From Squalus acanthias (taxonomy: Eukaryota): 64,000 nucleotides of DNA. The DNA is taken from contig JASTWF010000329.1 in the NCBI GenBank assembly GCA_030390025.1, forward strand, positions 434,001 to 498,000, given 5' to 3'. Below the pieces are notes generated by a model, which made no database searches, was not told the DNA's origin, and saw nothing but the letters and a program-made list of their open reading frames with translations. Shown here one piece after another: positions 48,729 through 60,200 of this stretch. A program made the translations under genes and the position numbers. How positions within the stretch are numbered: position 1 is the stretch's first letter; each line of letters opens with the position of its first letter.

Positions 48729-49300
48729 CTACAGGGGTTGGATTCTGCTGCTGTTATTGCTGCTGTTAATCACAACCAGGACTGAACCATGTTCATTCTG
48801 ACAGTTGGGGTTTGTTTCTGTTGATGTTAATAACCCCTGTAACTGGGCTGGAGTTTAATATTCTGGATCAATGCCAAATAAATCAGCTTTGTTTTAAACA
48901 CATTGTTGTAGATTGTCTTCTTTCCCACCTGAGTGTTTAGCATCACCTGGCTGGAGCTCAGAAAGGACAATCTGGGGGAGGATCGTACGGCGGGAACAGA
49001 ACTTCAGCCTGGACACAGTCCTTCAGGGCCACACTGAGAGGGGCAAACGGCACTTTGGTCTTTCTCGTCTCTTCACTGACAGCAAAGTCACCGTGTGGGT
49101 TAATCTCGAGGCGTGTGAGAAACGTGTCCCAGCCGCTCTGTGCCATGGTTCAGGGCTCCTAGGCACGGAACAGAAGACTCCTTCAGGAATGTATCCCAGT
49201 GCTTTTTTTTAATGGCCTTATTAACTTGTGTCGCTACTTTTAGTGATTTGTGTATCTGTATCCCTGGATCCCTCTGCTCCTCCAGCCCATTTAGACTCTT

Positions 49301-49947
49301 AGGGGGAAATTCGGTGGCGCCCCCTTTGGGTCGGTAACGTCGCCGGGGCTAATTTTAGCGCCCCAAAAAAGTTAGCGCCCCTGCACATTAAATTCAGTGG
49401 TAGCGCCCCAAGCAGGAGGCGGGGTGCTACTGGAAGCGCTCCCCTCCCTCTTGAGGCGCTACCAGTGAATTTTGCGGCGCTTCGTGCAACAGCGCCACGC
49501 CCGTCGGCACATAGCACCGTGTCATAGCAGACCTCCCTCCCTGATTAAAGGGGAGGGGCCTAGCACTGCTCACACCGGGGCCCTGCTGGACCACCGGGGA
49601 GCGGGGTGTCGGATCAAGAGGAGCGCCGGGCTGAGCGATCGCGGCCGACACCCTGAAGAAGAAAGGGGAAGGGGGCAGGTGCTGGCAGTCGGACAAAATA
49701 AAAAGTTGCCGCCCGACACCTGCCCTTTAAGTGGCGTCGCCGCGGCTGCAGGAACGACCCTTGACCCTGTCGGACATATCGTCCGGCGATAGGTCAGGGG
49801 TCGCAACCCAAGGTTGCAGCCGGGGTGCTGCGCATGGCGATGACGTCATTGCCGGCGGTGCAGTGCCGCGGGGCGCTACCGGCTACCGCCGCCGCTAACC
49901 TCCCGCTGAATATCGCGGGAGGCACAAAGCAACCCAATTTCACCCCC
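49301..49947. mobile_element. MITE-like element, segmental copy of 15107-15752
   Basis: same ends and same CR1 insertion site. Confidence 0.6.
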
Positions 49948-50869
49948 TTGTTGTCCAAGTAGTGAGTGGCCTCCTTATTCTTCCCACCAAAACACACCAC
50001 CTCACACTGATCTACAGTGAAATTTATTTGCCAATTACACGCCCATTCTGAAATTTATTAATGTCTTCTTGCATTTTGTCTTCCTCAGTATTAACTCTAC
50101 CTCCCAATTTGGTGTCATCCACAAATTTTAAAATTGTACTTCTGATTCCCGAGTTCAAATCGTTTCAGTAAATGGTGAACAACAGTGATCCCAGCACCAA
50201 TCCCTGTGGAACACCACTTCCCACCTTTTGCCAGTCTGAGTAGCTACTCCCAACCCCTACTCTCTGCTCTCTGTTTTGTGACCAGCTTGTTATCCATAAA
50301 CAGTTTGTAAGACTGACAAGATGACCCAGGTCAGGCCGTGTGGAGTGAAGGGCCAGGCAGCAGAATGGATGGAAAGATGGCTACAAAACAGAAATCAGAG
50401 GGTTGGAGTTAAGGGAAGTTTGTTGCGATCTTTCCATCCATTCTGCTGCCTGACCTTTGACTCCACACGGCCTGACCGTGGTCATCTTGTAGACCGTACA
50501 TACTGCAGACACAGTGCACCAGTGGTGGAGGGGGTGGATATTGAGTCCTGTGGCAGGGGCGCTGATGAAGTGGATTTCTCTGTCCGTGAGTTTTGAGGCA
50601 TCGCTAGTGGTGTTTTTCACCTCTTTCCACCTTTAAAAAAAACCTTGCTGCCAGTTTATTAAAGCCATTAACAGCCGCTCGGGTGGGACACACCAATAAA
50701 TGAGGCCTTGTAAGTTTCCCTCAGAATGACAGGCCTGAACCCGAGTTAGAAAACATTTAGTAATTAAACCAGACTGGGCGGGGCCTGAGGTGCGAGTTAA
50801 TAACGGAAAAGTGGCGGCCAGCGTACTTCACACCAGGGCTGAGGACCCGGGGACTCAGGTTTCTGTATC

Positions 50870-51500
50870 ATTTATTGATTAATTTAGTTTATTGCCCAAT
50901 CTCAATCAGACTGGCGGGTCATCTTGCCGTCTGGCGGAGGCGAGGTTCCCCAGTGGAGGGCTCTCTATGCGGGGGTCCTTCCCTGCACCATTGGGGATCT
51001 GGGGTGGAGACTGTTGCAAGGAGCTGTGGTGTGTAAGAGTTTAAGCTCCTTTCCGGACTCCAAGGCCGTTGTGATGTTTGCGGCCTAGAGGAGTCCATGG
51101 GCCGTGTATATATTCAGCGTGAGAGGTTGCAGCCCCTGTATAGTTACCTGAAGGGGCTGCTCCTCAACTCTTGGTTACACTTTAGCCCACGCTCCTAATC
51201 TTTGGCCGCCCGGTGCGGAGGGGGGTGGGTAAGTCGGAGGATCTTCTCCTGGACCTGCTCTTGGGCCTGGCGAAAACAGCAATTTGTAGGTCCAGGATGG
51301 GCGGGGTCCATGGAGGGGTCACTCTGGCTGCCTGCCTCTCTCCCGTGGTCTTGTCCCTGCCCGGGTGGCCCTGGAGAGGGAGCAGGCGGTGTCCACCGGT
51401 TCACTTGATACCTTCCTCGACCGGTGGGCACGGAAGGTATCAAGAGGCGATAATCGATCCTCACAATCACATTGTGATTTAATTATTAATTGTGTGTGTG
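50870..51500 (+). mobile_element. Tx1/L1-clade LINE 3' fragment
   Basis: WLHFSPTLLIFGRPV...EDLLLDLLLGLAKTAICRSR resembles the Tx1 ORF2 C-terminus (from memory). Confidence 0.6.
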
Positions 51501-52852
51501 TCACAAATACATTTCTTCTATTTTGATACAAAAGCTCTACTAGACATGTTAAACTACTAGTTATTTAATCAGGGCTGCAGCTGCTGAAAGGTTGACTGTA
51601 CTGAGGTTTGTGGCCAGAGCTGGCAGACGTGTTGTTCTGAAGTCTGATGTCTCACACCTGAAGAGTCTGTTTATGTCGTGTTGTAATGACCTTTTTCTGT
51701 TGCCTGGTGTCAGAAATAGAAATCAAAGGGAGATGATGCCTCACTCTGTTAATCAACTCTTTGACACATTTCCATGCATTTCCTTTCTTAATTTACAAAG
51801 ATCACAACTCCATTAGTGAACAATGGATTGCCAGTCTGCCACTTTTTAGTGAGGCTTGAAAGGATTCGCTGTGAAGCTGCACCTGCCCATCTGTCTGTGT
51901 GTCACTGTGTTTGGATTGTGTTAGACAACAGTCCGAATATCTCGCCTACATCCATTACAATTTTTGAAATGTTAGATTGTACTTGGAAGAAGTTGAGTTT
52001 GAATCTGACAATTCTGAAATTGGGAGCTGTTAATGATTTCTGTTTTTCACATAACTATATAGTGATGTGATCAGTCAAAGCAAATTAAAAGATGCTGCTA
52101 TTTACTGAACACAACTGAATAATTCTACAAGGATGCTATCGCAGTCTTCCTCAGTATTAACTACACCCCCCAATTTTGTGTCATCAGCAAATTTTGAAAT
52201 TGTACCTCTGATTCCCAAGTCCAAATCATTCATGTAAATGGTGAACAACAGTGGTCCCAGCACTGATCCCCGTGGAACACCACTTCCCACCTTCCGCCCG
52301 TCTGAGTAAATACCTTTAACTCATCCCGTTACTATAACTGGACTTGTCTCCATTCCCGTGCCGAGGGGATTGCTGTACCAGACGGGAGGGGCAACATTTG
52401 GGGACTCTCGATTCTCCACCAATTCCCATTCCCCTTCTTTCTGGTGGATAATGGAGGTGCCACTGTGTGTAATGTGCAAGTCAGTAAGAATTGTCAGCGA
52501 GGATTAATCAGCACTTTCTAATTGGAGATGTTAATCAGCGGAACCTTTCAGACACTGAATTGTAGATTTTGTACCAAAGATTAATTTACGATTGAAGTAA
52601 AAGTTCATAATTTTATTGTAAAATAATTCAGGGACTCTCATCAGAAATTAAGGGGAAAGATCAGACAGCGGTTCTTAAATGAACACTGCAGCCGCGACAA
52701 GTCAATCAGCTATATATCCAGAATATTAAACTCCAGTCCAGTTATAGGGGTTATTAACATCAGCAGAAACAAACCCCAACTGTCAGAATGAACATGTTTC
52801 AGTCCTGGATGTGATTAACAGCAGCAATAACAGCAGAATCCAACCCCTGGAG

Positions 52853-53411
52853 TCACTTGTGAACTCGCTGGTGTCTCAGCAGGTTGGATGACTGATTGAA
52901 TCCCTTCCCACACACGGAGCAGGTGAACGGCCTCTCCCCAGTGTGAACTCGCTGGTGTGTCAGCAGGTTGGATGACTGAGTGAATCCCTTCCCACACATG
53001 GAGCAGGTGAATGGCATCTCCCCAGTGTGAACTCGCTGGTGTGTCAGCAGGTGGGATGACCGAATGAATCCTTTCCCACACACGGAGCAGGTGAACGGCC
53101 TCTCCCCAGTGTGAATGCGCTGGTGTCTCAGAAGGTGGGATGAACGAGTGAATCCCTTCCCACACTCAGGGCAGATGAACGGCCTCTCCCCGGTGTGACT
53201 GTGCTTGTGTGTCGATAGGCCAGAGGATCGGCTGAAGCCTCGTCCACACACAGAACACGTGTATGGTTTCTCCCCACTGTGAACGGTGCTTTTTGCTTCC
53301 ATGTTCAAAGGCTGATGATATTCAGGTTCCGATGAATCGAGTGACTCTGTCAGATCTTGATTTGATGTGTGCTTTGAGTTTCCCGTCTGCAAATCCTCCC
53401 CTTCTAATACC
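52853..53411 (-). CDS. C2H2 zinc-finger protein, main exon: leader + 5 fingers (internal ATG 53302)
   Basis: open frame VLEGEDLQT...[16 protein letters not shown]...; acceptor ag at 53413-53412; inverted paralog of the 46.7-kb gene. Confidence 0.85.
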
Positions 53412-54164
53412 CTGTAAAATGAATTTAAAACAGGGAGCGTGAGAGAGAACCCACTAAAGAGGCAGGTTGTGAAATTGAGTTTAATGAAGCTGGTAATTTG
53501 TGGGGCCGGCACCAGAAAAAAGTGACCATGAAAGCTGCCGGATTGTCGTAAAATCCCACTGGTTCACTAATGTCCTTCAGGGAAGGGAATCCACCACCTG
53601 GTCTGGGCCTACACACAGCTCTGGCCTCCAAGGGAGGAGAGAGAGAGAGAGATGGGAGGGGGAGGGGTCGAAGGAAAGGAACTTTATACATCTGCAACTC
53701 GACCAGAACTTTGACAGAACCTCCCAAACCCGCAACCTCCACCACCTAGAAGGACAAGGGCAGCTGTTGCATGGGAACACCATCATCTCCAAGTTCCCCT
53801 CCAAGTCACACACCATCCTGACTTAGACATATATCGCCGATCCTTCATCGTCCCTGGGTCAAAATCCTGGAACTCCTTACACAACAGCATTGTGGGAGTA
53901 CCTTCACCACACAGACTGCAGCAGTTCAAGAAGGCGACTCACCACCCCCTTCTCAACGGGCAACTGGGGATTGGCAACCTATGCTGGCCTTGCGAGCGAC
54001 ACCCACATCCCAAGAATGAATTAAAACAAATCTGTATATGTAAACTGGATTAAAAGCCTCTACAGAAATACTTGTTCCTGAAACAATAGTATTTTACATT
54101 GTAGGGACAGAGTCTGTTTAACAACCTAATCTCCCCCAGAATCCACCTCCCTTGACAGTCTCAC

Positions 54165-54232
54165 ATTGGAAATTGTTGGGTCCTCCTGGGCTCAGAAGTA
54201 CTGGGGGTTAAACCCAGCAGCTTCTCCTCCAT
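54165..54232 (-). CDS. Predicted first coding exon of the 53-kb ZNF (MEEKLLGLTPSTSEPRRTQQFP)
   Basis: ATG at 54232, 68 nt, donor AT|GTGAGA phase 2, in frame with acceptor TACAG|G; gives 208 aa. Confidence 0.5.
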
Positions 54233-54595
54233 CTCCACTCCAGCTCAAACTGATGCAACAGAAAGACCGACACAGGCGGCCAGGGACCGACTTCCGTCAG
54301 CCTGCAATAAAACTCTTCCCCACAGCCGCTGACTAATGGTGGCCGCAGCACCCACAATTCCCCGAGCCCCAGAAACCGCTCTATCCAAGGCACTGATTTC
54401 CCCGCTGAGAGTGCGCATGTTCCCCGGGGCCGCGGGCCATTCTGGGAGCCTGGCTCCTGTCCTTTGTCCCGAGTCGAACTCGGTGGAACCGGCTGAAGAA
54501 ACCGGGAAGCGGCGGCTCGGATGGGGGAGGCGCTGCACCCTGGGTTTCCTGGTGCCGGGGCCCTGGCCGCACGTCCTCCGGGCCCGGCCGCTCTG

Positions 54596-55828
54596 ATTCT
54601 GATTGAGTTTTTTGATGAGGTAACAGAGAGGGTTGATGAGCGCAATGCGGTTAACGTGGTGTACATGGATTTCCAAAAGGCGTTCGACAAAGTGCCACAT
54701 AATCGGCTTGCCAGCAAAGTTGAAGCCCATGGAATAAAAGGGACAGTGGCAGCATGGATACGAAATTGGCTAAGTGACAGAAAACAGAGAGTAGCGGTGA
54801 ACGGTTGTTTGTCGGGTTGGAGGAAGGTATACAGTGGTGTTCCCCAGGGGTCGGTACTAGGACCACTGCTTTTCTTGACATATATTAATGACTTGGACTT
54901 GGGTGTACAGGGCACAGTTTCAAAATTTGCAGATGACATAAAACTTGGAAGTATAGTGAACAGTGAAGAGAATAGTGATAGACTTCAAGAGGACATAGAC
55001 AGGCTGGTGGAATGGCTGGACACGTGGCAAATGAAATTTAATGCAGAAAAGTGCGAAGTGGTACATTTTGGTAGGAAGAACGAGGAGAGGCAATATAAAC
55101 TAAAGGGTACAATTCTAAAGTGGGTGCATGAACAGAGAGACCTGGGGGTATGTGTGCACAAATCGTTGAAGGTGGCAGGGCAGGTTGAGAAAGCGGTTAA
55201 AAAAGCATGCGGGATCCTGGGCTTCATAAATAGAGGCATAGAGTCCAAAAGCAAGGAAGTTATGATGAACCTTTATAAAACACTGGTTCGGCCTCAACTG
55301 CACTTTATGAAGGATGTGAAGGCCTTAGAGATGGTGCCGAAAAGATTTACAAGAATGGTTCCAGGGATGAGGGATGAGGGACTTCAGTTACGTGGATAGA
55401 CTGGAGAAGCTGGGGTGGTTCTCCTTAGAGCAGAGAAGGTTGGGAGGAGATTTGATAGAGGTGTTCAAAATCATGAGGGTTCTGGACAGAGTAGATAGAG
55501 AGAAACTGTGCCCATTGGCGGAAGGGTCGAGAACCAAAGGACACAGACTTAAGGTGATTGGCAAAAGAACCAAAGGCGACATAAGAGAAATCTTTTTTAC
55601 GCAACGAGTGGTTAGGATCTGGAATGCACTGCCTGAAAGGGTGGTGGAGGCAGATTCAATCACGGCTTTCAAAAGGGAATTGGATAAGTATCTGAAGTAA
55701 AGAAATTTGCAGGGCTACGGGGAAAGGGCGGGGGAGTGGGACTAGCTGAAGTGATCTTGCAGAGAGCCGGCACGGGCTCGACGGGCTGAATGGCCTCCTT
55801 CTGTGCTGGAACCATTCTATGATTCTAT
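54596..55828 (+). mobile_element. 5'-truncated CR1 LINE
   Basis: ORFs 54521-55399 and 55374-55700; tail attctatgattcta. Confidence 0.88.
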
Positions 55829-55919
55829 AAAATATTAGAAAGTTTGTGCCACAGAAGCACGGGGTTTATTTGCTTTTATTCATGAATTTAAAAAGTCTGT
55901 ATTAAAACCTGAGCCAGTG

Positions 55920-56530
55920 TGTTGTGAGACAAAGAGCCTTGTGTCCAATAAGGGGAATAAAGGCCCACAGCCTCCCCTGGCCCCGGGCCCTGAACAAGGG
56001 ACTGGAGAAACTCGCTGCCCCGCGGATCAGACAATCAGCCGGCGCTAGTCCCGCCCCTCGGGCTCCCCGATTGGTTGGAGGACCCGCCGCCGGCTCGCTC
56101 CTCCAGCCCCGCCCTGCTCGCTCCCTATTGGTCGGAAGCTCCCGTCAATCTGGCCGTGGGCCCGGGTCACGTGTCCCCGAGGAGATCACGTGCTCCGTCC
56201 AACTGACTCCGCTCGGTCCGAGGCCTCGCGGACTCTGAGGTTTTTCTATTTCTCTTTATTCTCTCCCGATCCACCCCTCCCCCCTACCCCGCGCAATTCT
56301 CCACCCAATCGGAGCGGAGAAAACTCACTTTGCGTCACCGATCGCGAGTCTGTAACTGACACCAAGGCCTTTCCCCGGAATGCCCCGCGGCGACTCCGTC
56401 CGGCAGGATCCGAGCGCGCAGGCGCAGCTCCGAGTGGGGGAGGGGGTTGGTCGTCTCTGGGCATGCGCGGTTGTCGCCCTTGGTGACCGGGAGGGGTCGT
56501 GGTGTCGCCGCTCCGTGTGCGCATGCGCCT
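55920..56530. promoter_or_regulatory. GC-rich promoter module (inverted copy of 13270-13870)
   Basis: CCAAT/GC boxes; tgcgcatgcgc ~56518. Confidence 0.55.
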
Positions 56531-57291
56531 TATCTACCTGTCCTGCTCCCTTCAGGGATCTGTGGACATGCTCTCCAGGGTCCCACTGATCTTCTGCACT
56601 TCTCAGTGTCCGACCATTTATAGTGTATTCCCAAGCCTTGTTAGACCTCCCCAAGTGCATTACCTCACACTTCTCCAGATTGAATTCCATTTGCCACTTG
56701 TCTGCCCACCTGACCAGTCCATTGATATCTTCCTGCAGTCTGCAGCTTTCTTCTTCATTGTCAACCACACGGCCAATTTTTGTATCATCTGCAAACTTCT
56801 TAATCATACTTCCTACATTCAAGTCCAAATCATTGATATATACCACAAAAAGCAAAGGAGCCAGTACTGAGCCCTGCGGAACCCCACTGGAAACAACCTT
56901 CCAGTCACAAAAATACCCTTCGACCATTACCCTTTGTTTCCTGCCTCTGAGCCAATTTTGGATCCAACTTGCCACTTTGCCTTGGATCCCATGGGCTTTT
57001 ACTTTCGTGACCAGTATCAAAAGCCTTGCTAAAATCAATATAGACTACATCAAACGCACTCCCCTCATCGACCCTCCTTGTTACCTCCTCATAAAATTCA
57101 ATCAAGTTAGTCAGACAGAACCTTCCCTTAACAAATCCATGCTGACTGTCCCTGATTAATCCGTGTCTTTCTAAATGAAGATTTATCCTGTCCCTCAGAA
57201 CTTTTTCCAATAATTTTCCCACCACCGAGGTTAGGCTGACTGGCCTCTAATTACTCGGTCTATCCCTTTCTCCATTTTTAAACAACGGTAC

Positions 57292-60200
57292 TGACGTAAT
57301 AAAGACTCACTACACACTTGAACATAAAGCAAGGCTTTAATCAACTTGTAACAAAACATGGAGGTCTAGTTAGCAGTCACTAGCTTCCTGTTTCCAGATT
57401 GTCTCTGCCCAAGGTGGGCCCATGCCTGAGTATTTATACTCCCTGGACGGCGCCCCAGCTGGCCACCCAGTAGTACTTCCTGAGTTGTTACTTGCGATTT
57501 ATGACATTCTTCCTCCCTAAAAGGTTTGGAAGTCCAGTCTTCCTTTAACGGACTAGGCGGACCAGAAATAGCCGCAGACGTTTAGCTCTCTGCTTGTGAC
57601 TGGAAGGCACGTCTCCCCGGACCGTGTCCTGGTCCCTGGGTCGCTTGGCCCGTACCGGTAAGTCAGTAGAGTCCGCGTCATCTTGATCATCCTGTGGAGG
57701 ACTGGGAATATCATGACTCCGGGTGCGGGTCCCCACAGGTGCTGAGCTGGCCTCATCCCGGGTCGTGGCTGGAGATTGTCCGGCGTCCTGGTTTCGGGTG
57801 GCCATCCTACGGGGAGCGTCCAGCTCCCTGAGTTGATCCGGTAGCGTTGCCGGCAGATCCCCCGATGTCCCAGGCGGGGCGTCATTTTCATAGGGGTGCG
57901 GAGTGTTGATATCATTGTCGGGGGATCCTTCATCATTCGGGCCCGTGTGACCGGTTGGGCAGGGAGCCAGATCTCGGAGCGAGACGGTGGTCTCCCGGCC
58001 ATCAGGGTACCGTACGTGCGCATACGTGGGGTTTACCTCCGTTAACTCCACCTCGTCAATGAGAGGGTCGTTTTTGGCAGACCGGACGAACCTCCGGAGT
58101 AGTACCGGGCCTGGAGCCACCAACCATGACGGTAGAGACGTCCCATGTGTAGAGTGACGCCGGAATTTGAAGAATCGCTCATGAGGCGTGACATTAGTAG
58201 ATGTGGAGAGAAGAGACCTGATAGAGTGTAACGCGTCGGGGAGCACCGTTTCCCACTGCTGGTCCGGCAGGTTGCGTGACCTTAGTGCCAGACGGACAGC
58301 GTTCCAGATGATGGCATTGTATCGTTCAACCTGTCCGTTACCGATTGGGTGATATGGTGTCGTCCTACTTGAGGCGATTCCCCGTTGGGAGAGATAACTT
58401 TTAAGTTCACTCGACATAAAGGAGGGACCCCGATCAGTGTGGATAAAATTGGCCATCCCGCAAAGGGAAAAGACCTGATCGAGGCATTTAATTACTGTAG
58501 AGGTAAGCATATTAGGGCAGGGGAAGGCGAAGGGAAAGCGTGAATACTCGTCCACCATCGTAAGTAGGTAGGTGTTCCTTGTCGACGAAGGCAATGGCCC
58601 TTTAAAGTCTATGCTGAGCCTCTGCATAGGCTGCATTGCATGTATGAGTAAGCCATCTGATGGGCGAAAGAATTGTGGTTTCAATTCTGCACAAATCCTA
58701 CAGGAGGAGCATGTTTTCTTTACGTCCTCGGTTGAAAATGGTAGATTTTTGGAGCGCACAAAGTGCAACATGCGGGTCACACCAGGATGGCATAAGTCCA
58801 TATGCAAATCCGCCAGAGTCGACGTTGACATTGAGGAGCAAAATGCCCGTGTGAAGGTATCTGGGGCCACGTTCTGTTTGCCGGGTCGGTAACAGATAGT
58901 ATATCCAAAGGCAGCCAGCTCCATCCTCCAGAGTTGAATTTTATTATTTTTGATTTTCGTGCGCCTCCGGTTATCCAACATGAAGGCCACAGAGCGCTGG
59001 TCAGTTATAAGCGTAAAATGACGCCGAGCAAGAAAATGACCCCATTGGCGTACAGCCTCGATGATGGCCGTAGCCTCCTTCTCGACGGGGGGGTAATGGA
59101 GCTCGCTACCCTGCAAGGTTCTGGATAGGAATGCCACGGGTCGGCCACCTTGATTCAAGGTAGCGGAGATCGCCACCTCCGATGCATCGCATTCGACCAC
59201 AAAAGGAAGATTTTCGTCAATGGAGCGAAGCATGGCTTTCTCCAGCTGTCGTTTGAGGAGGTTGAAGGCAGAAATAGCCGTAGCTTCCAATGGAAAAGAC
59301 TTCGCATGGAGCAGGGGCTGTATTTTATCGGAGAAGTGTGGTATCCATTTTGCGTAATAAGCAAACATGCCAAGTGCCCGACGAAGAGAGCCGAGGTTCA
59401 TCGGGGGAGGGAGCTCCTGAAGTGGACGAAGTCGCTCTGGGTCCGGTTTAATAACACCGTTGCCCACCCAGTAGCCAAGAATGTTCACCGATGGCACCGA
59501 CTTCACCGATTTGGATTCGTTTAACGTTAAGTGGCGACGGCGGAGTACGTCAAAAAATCTCTGAAGATTGGCGTCATGCTCCTTTTGATCATGGCCCGCA
59601 ATAGTGATATTGTCTAAATACGGAAAGGTATCCGTCAAGTTCTCTTGCCGGACTAGGCCATCCATGGCCCGTTAGAAGACGGCCACCCCATTGGTGACCC
59701 CGAATGGAAGGCGGCGAAACTGGAAAAGCCGACCATTGGCCTCAAAGGCCGTATACTTCTTGTCGGAGTCTTGCAGTGGCACCTGATGGTACGCGCTTTT
59801 TAAATCGAAGGTCGAGAATACCTTGTATTTGGCAAGGTTGTTGACCATGTCATCTATGCGTGGCAGCGGGTAGGCATCCAGATCGGTATATAGATTAATA
59901 GTCTGCGAATAATCGATACACAGACGTTTTTTATGTTGTTTTAAGGGATTCCTCACGATGACGACCTGAGCCCGCCAGGGAGATGAACATGGCTCGATAA
60001 TACCGTCGACTAAAAGGCGAGAGATTTCCGCCTCAATAAACGCTCGATCATCTTGGCTAAAGCGCCGCGATTTGGTGGCTATGGGTTTACAGCGGGGGGG
60101 AAGATTGGCAAACAGGGAGGGTTCACCGAGTAAGGCCACCGAGAGTGCACAAAACGGCACCTTAGAAATGGTAAGCTCCGGCCTTGACCCTCCAAACTCA

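Noticed and set aside
54521..55399. Novel RT fusion genes (also 56325-57038)
   Set aside because: Truncated CR1 frames running by chance into GC-rich, stop-poor promoter DNA
59665..59674. Programmed gag-pol readthrough
   Set aside because: The stop lies inside RT at a conserved Gln (FQR), not at the gag/pol boundary; a nonsense mutation is simpler
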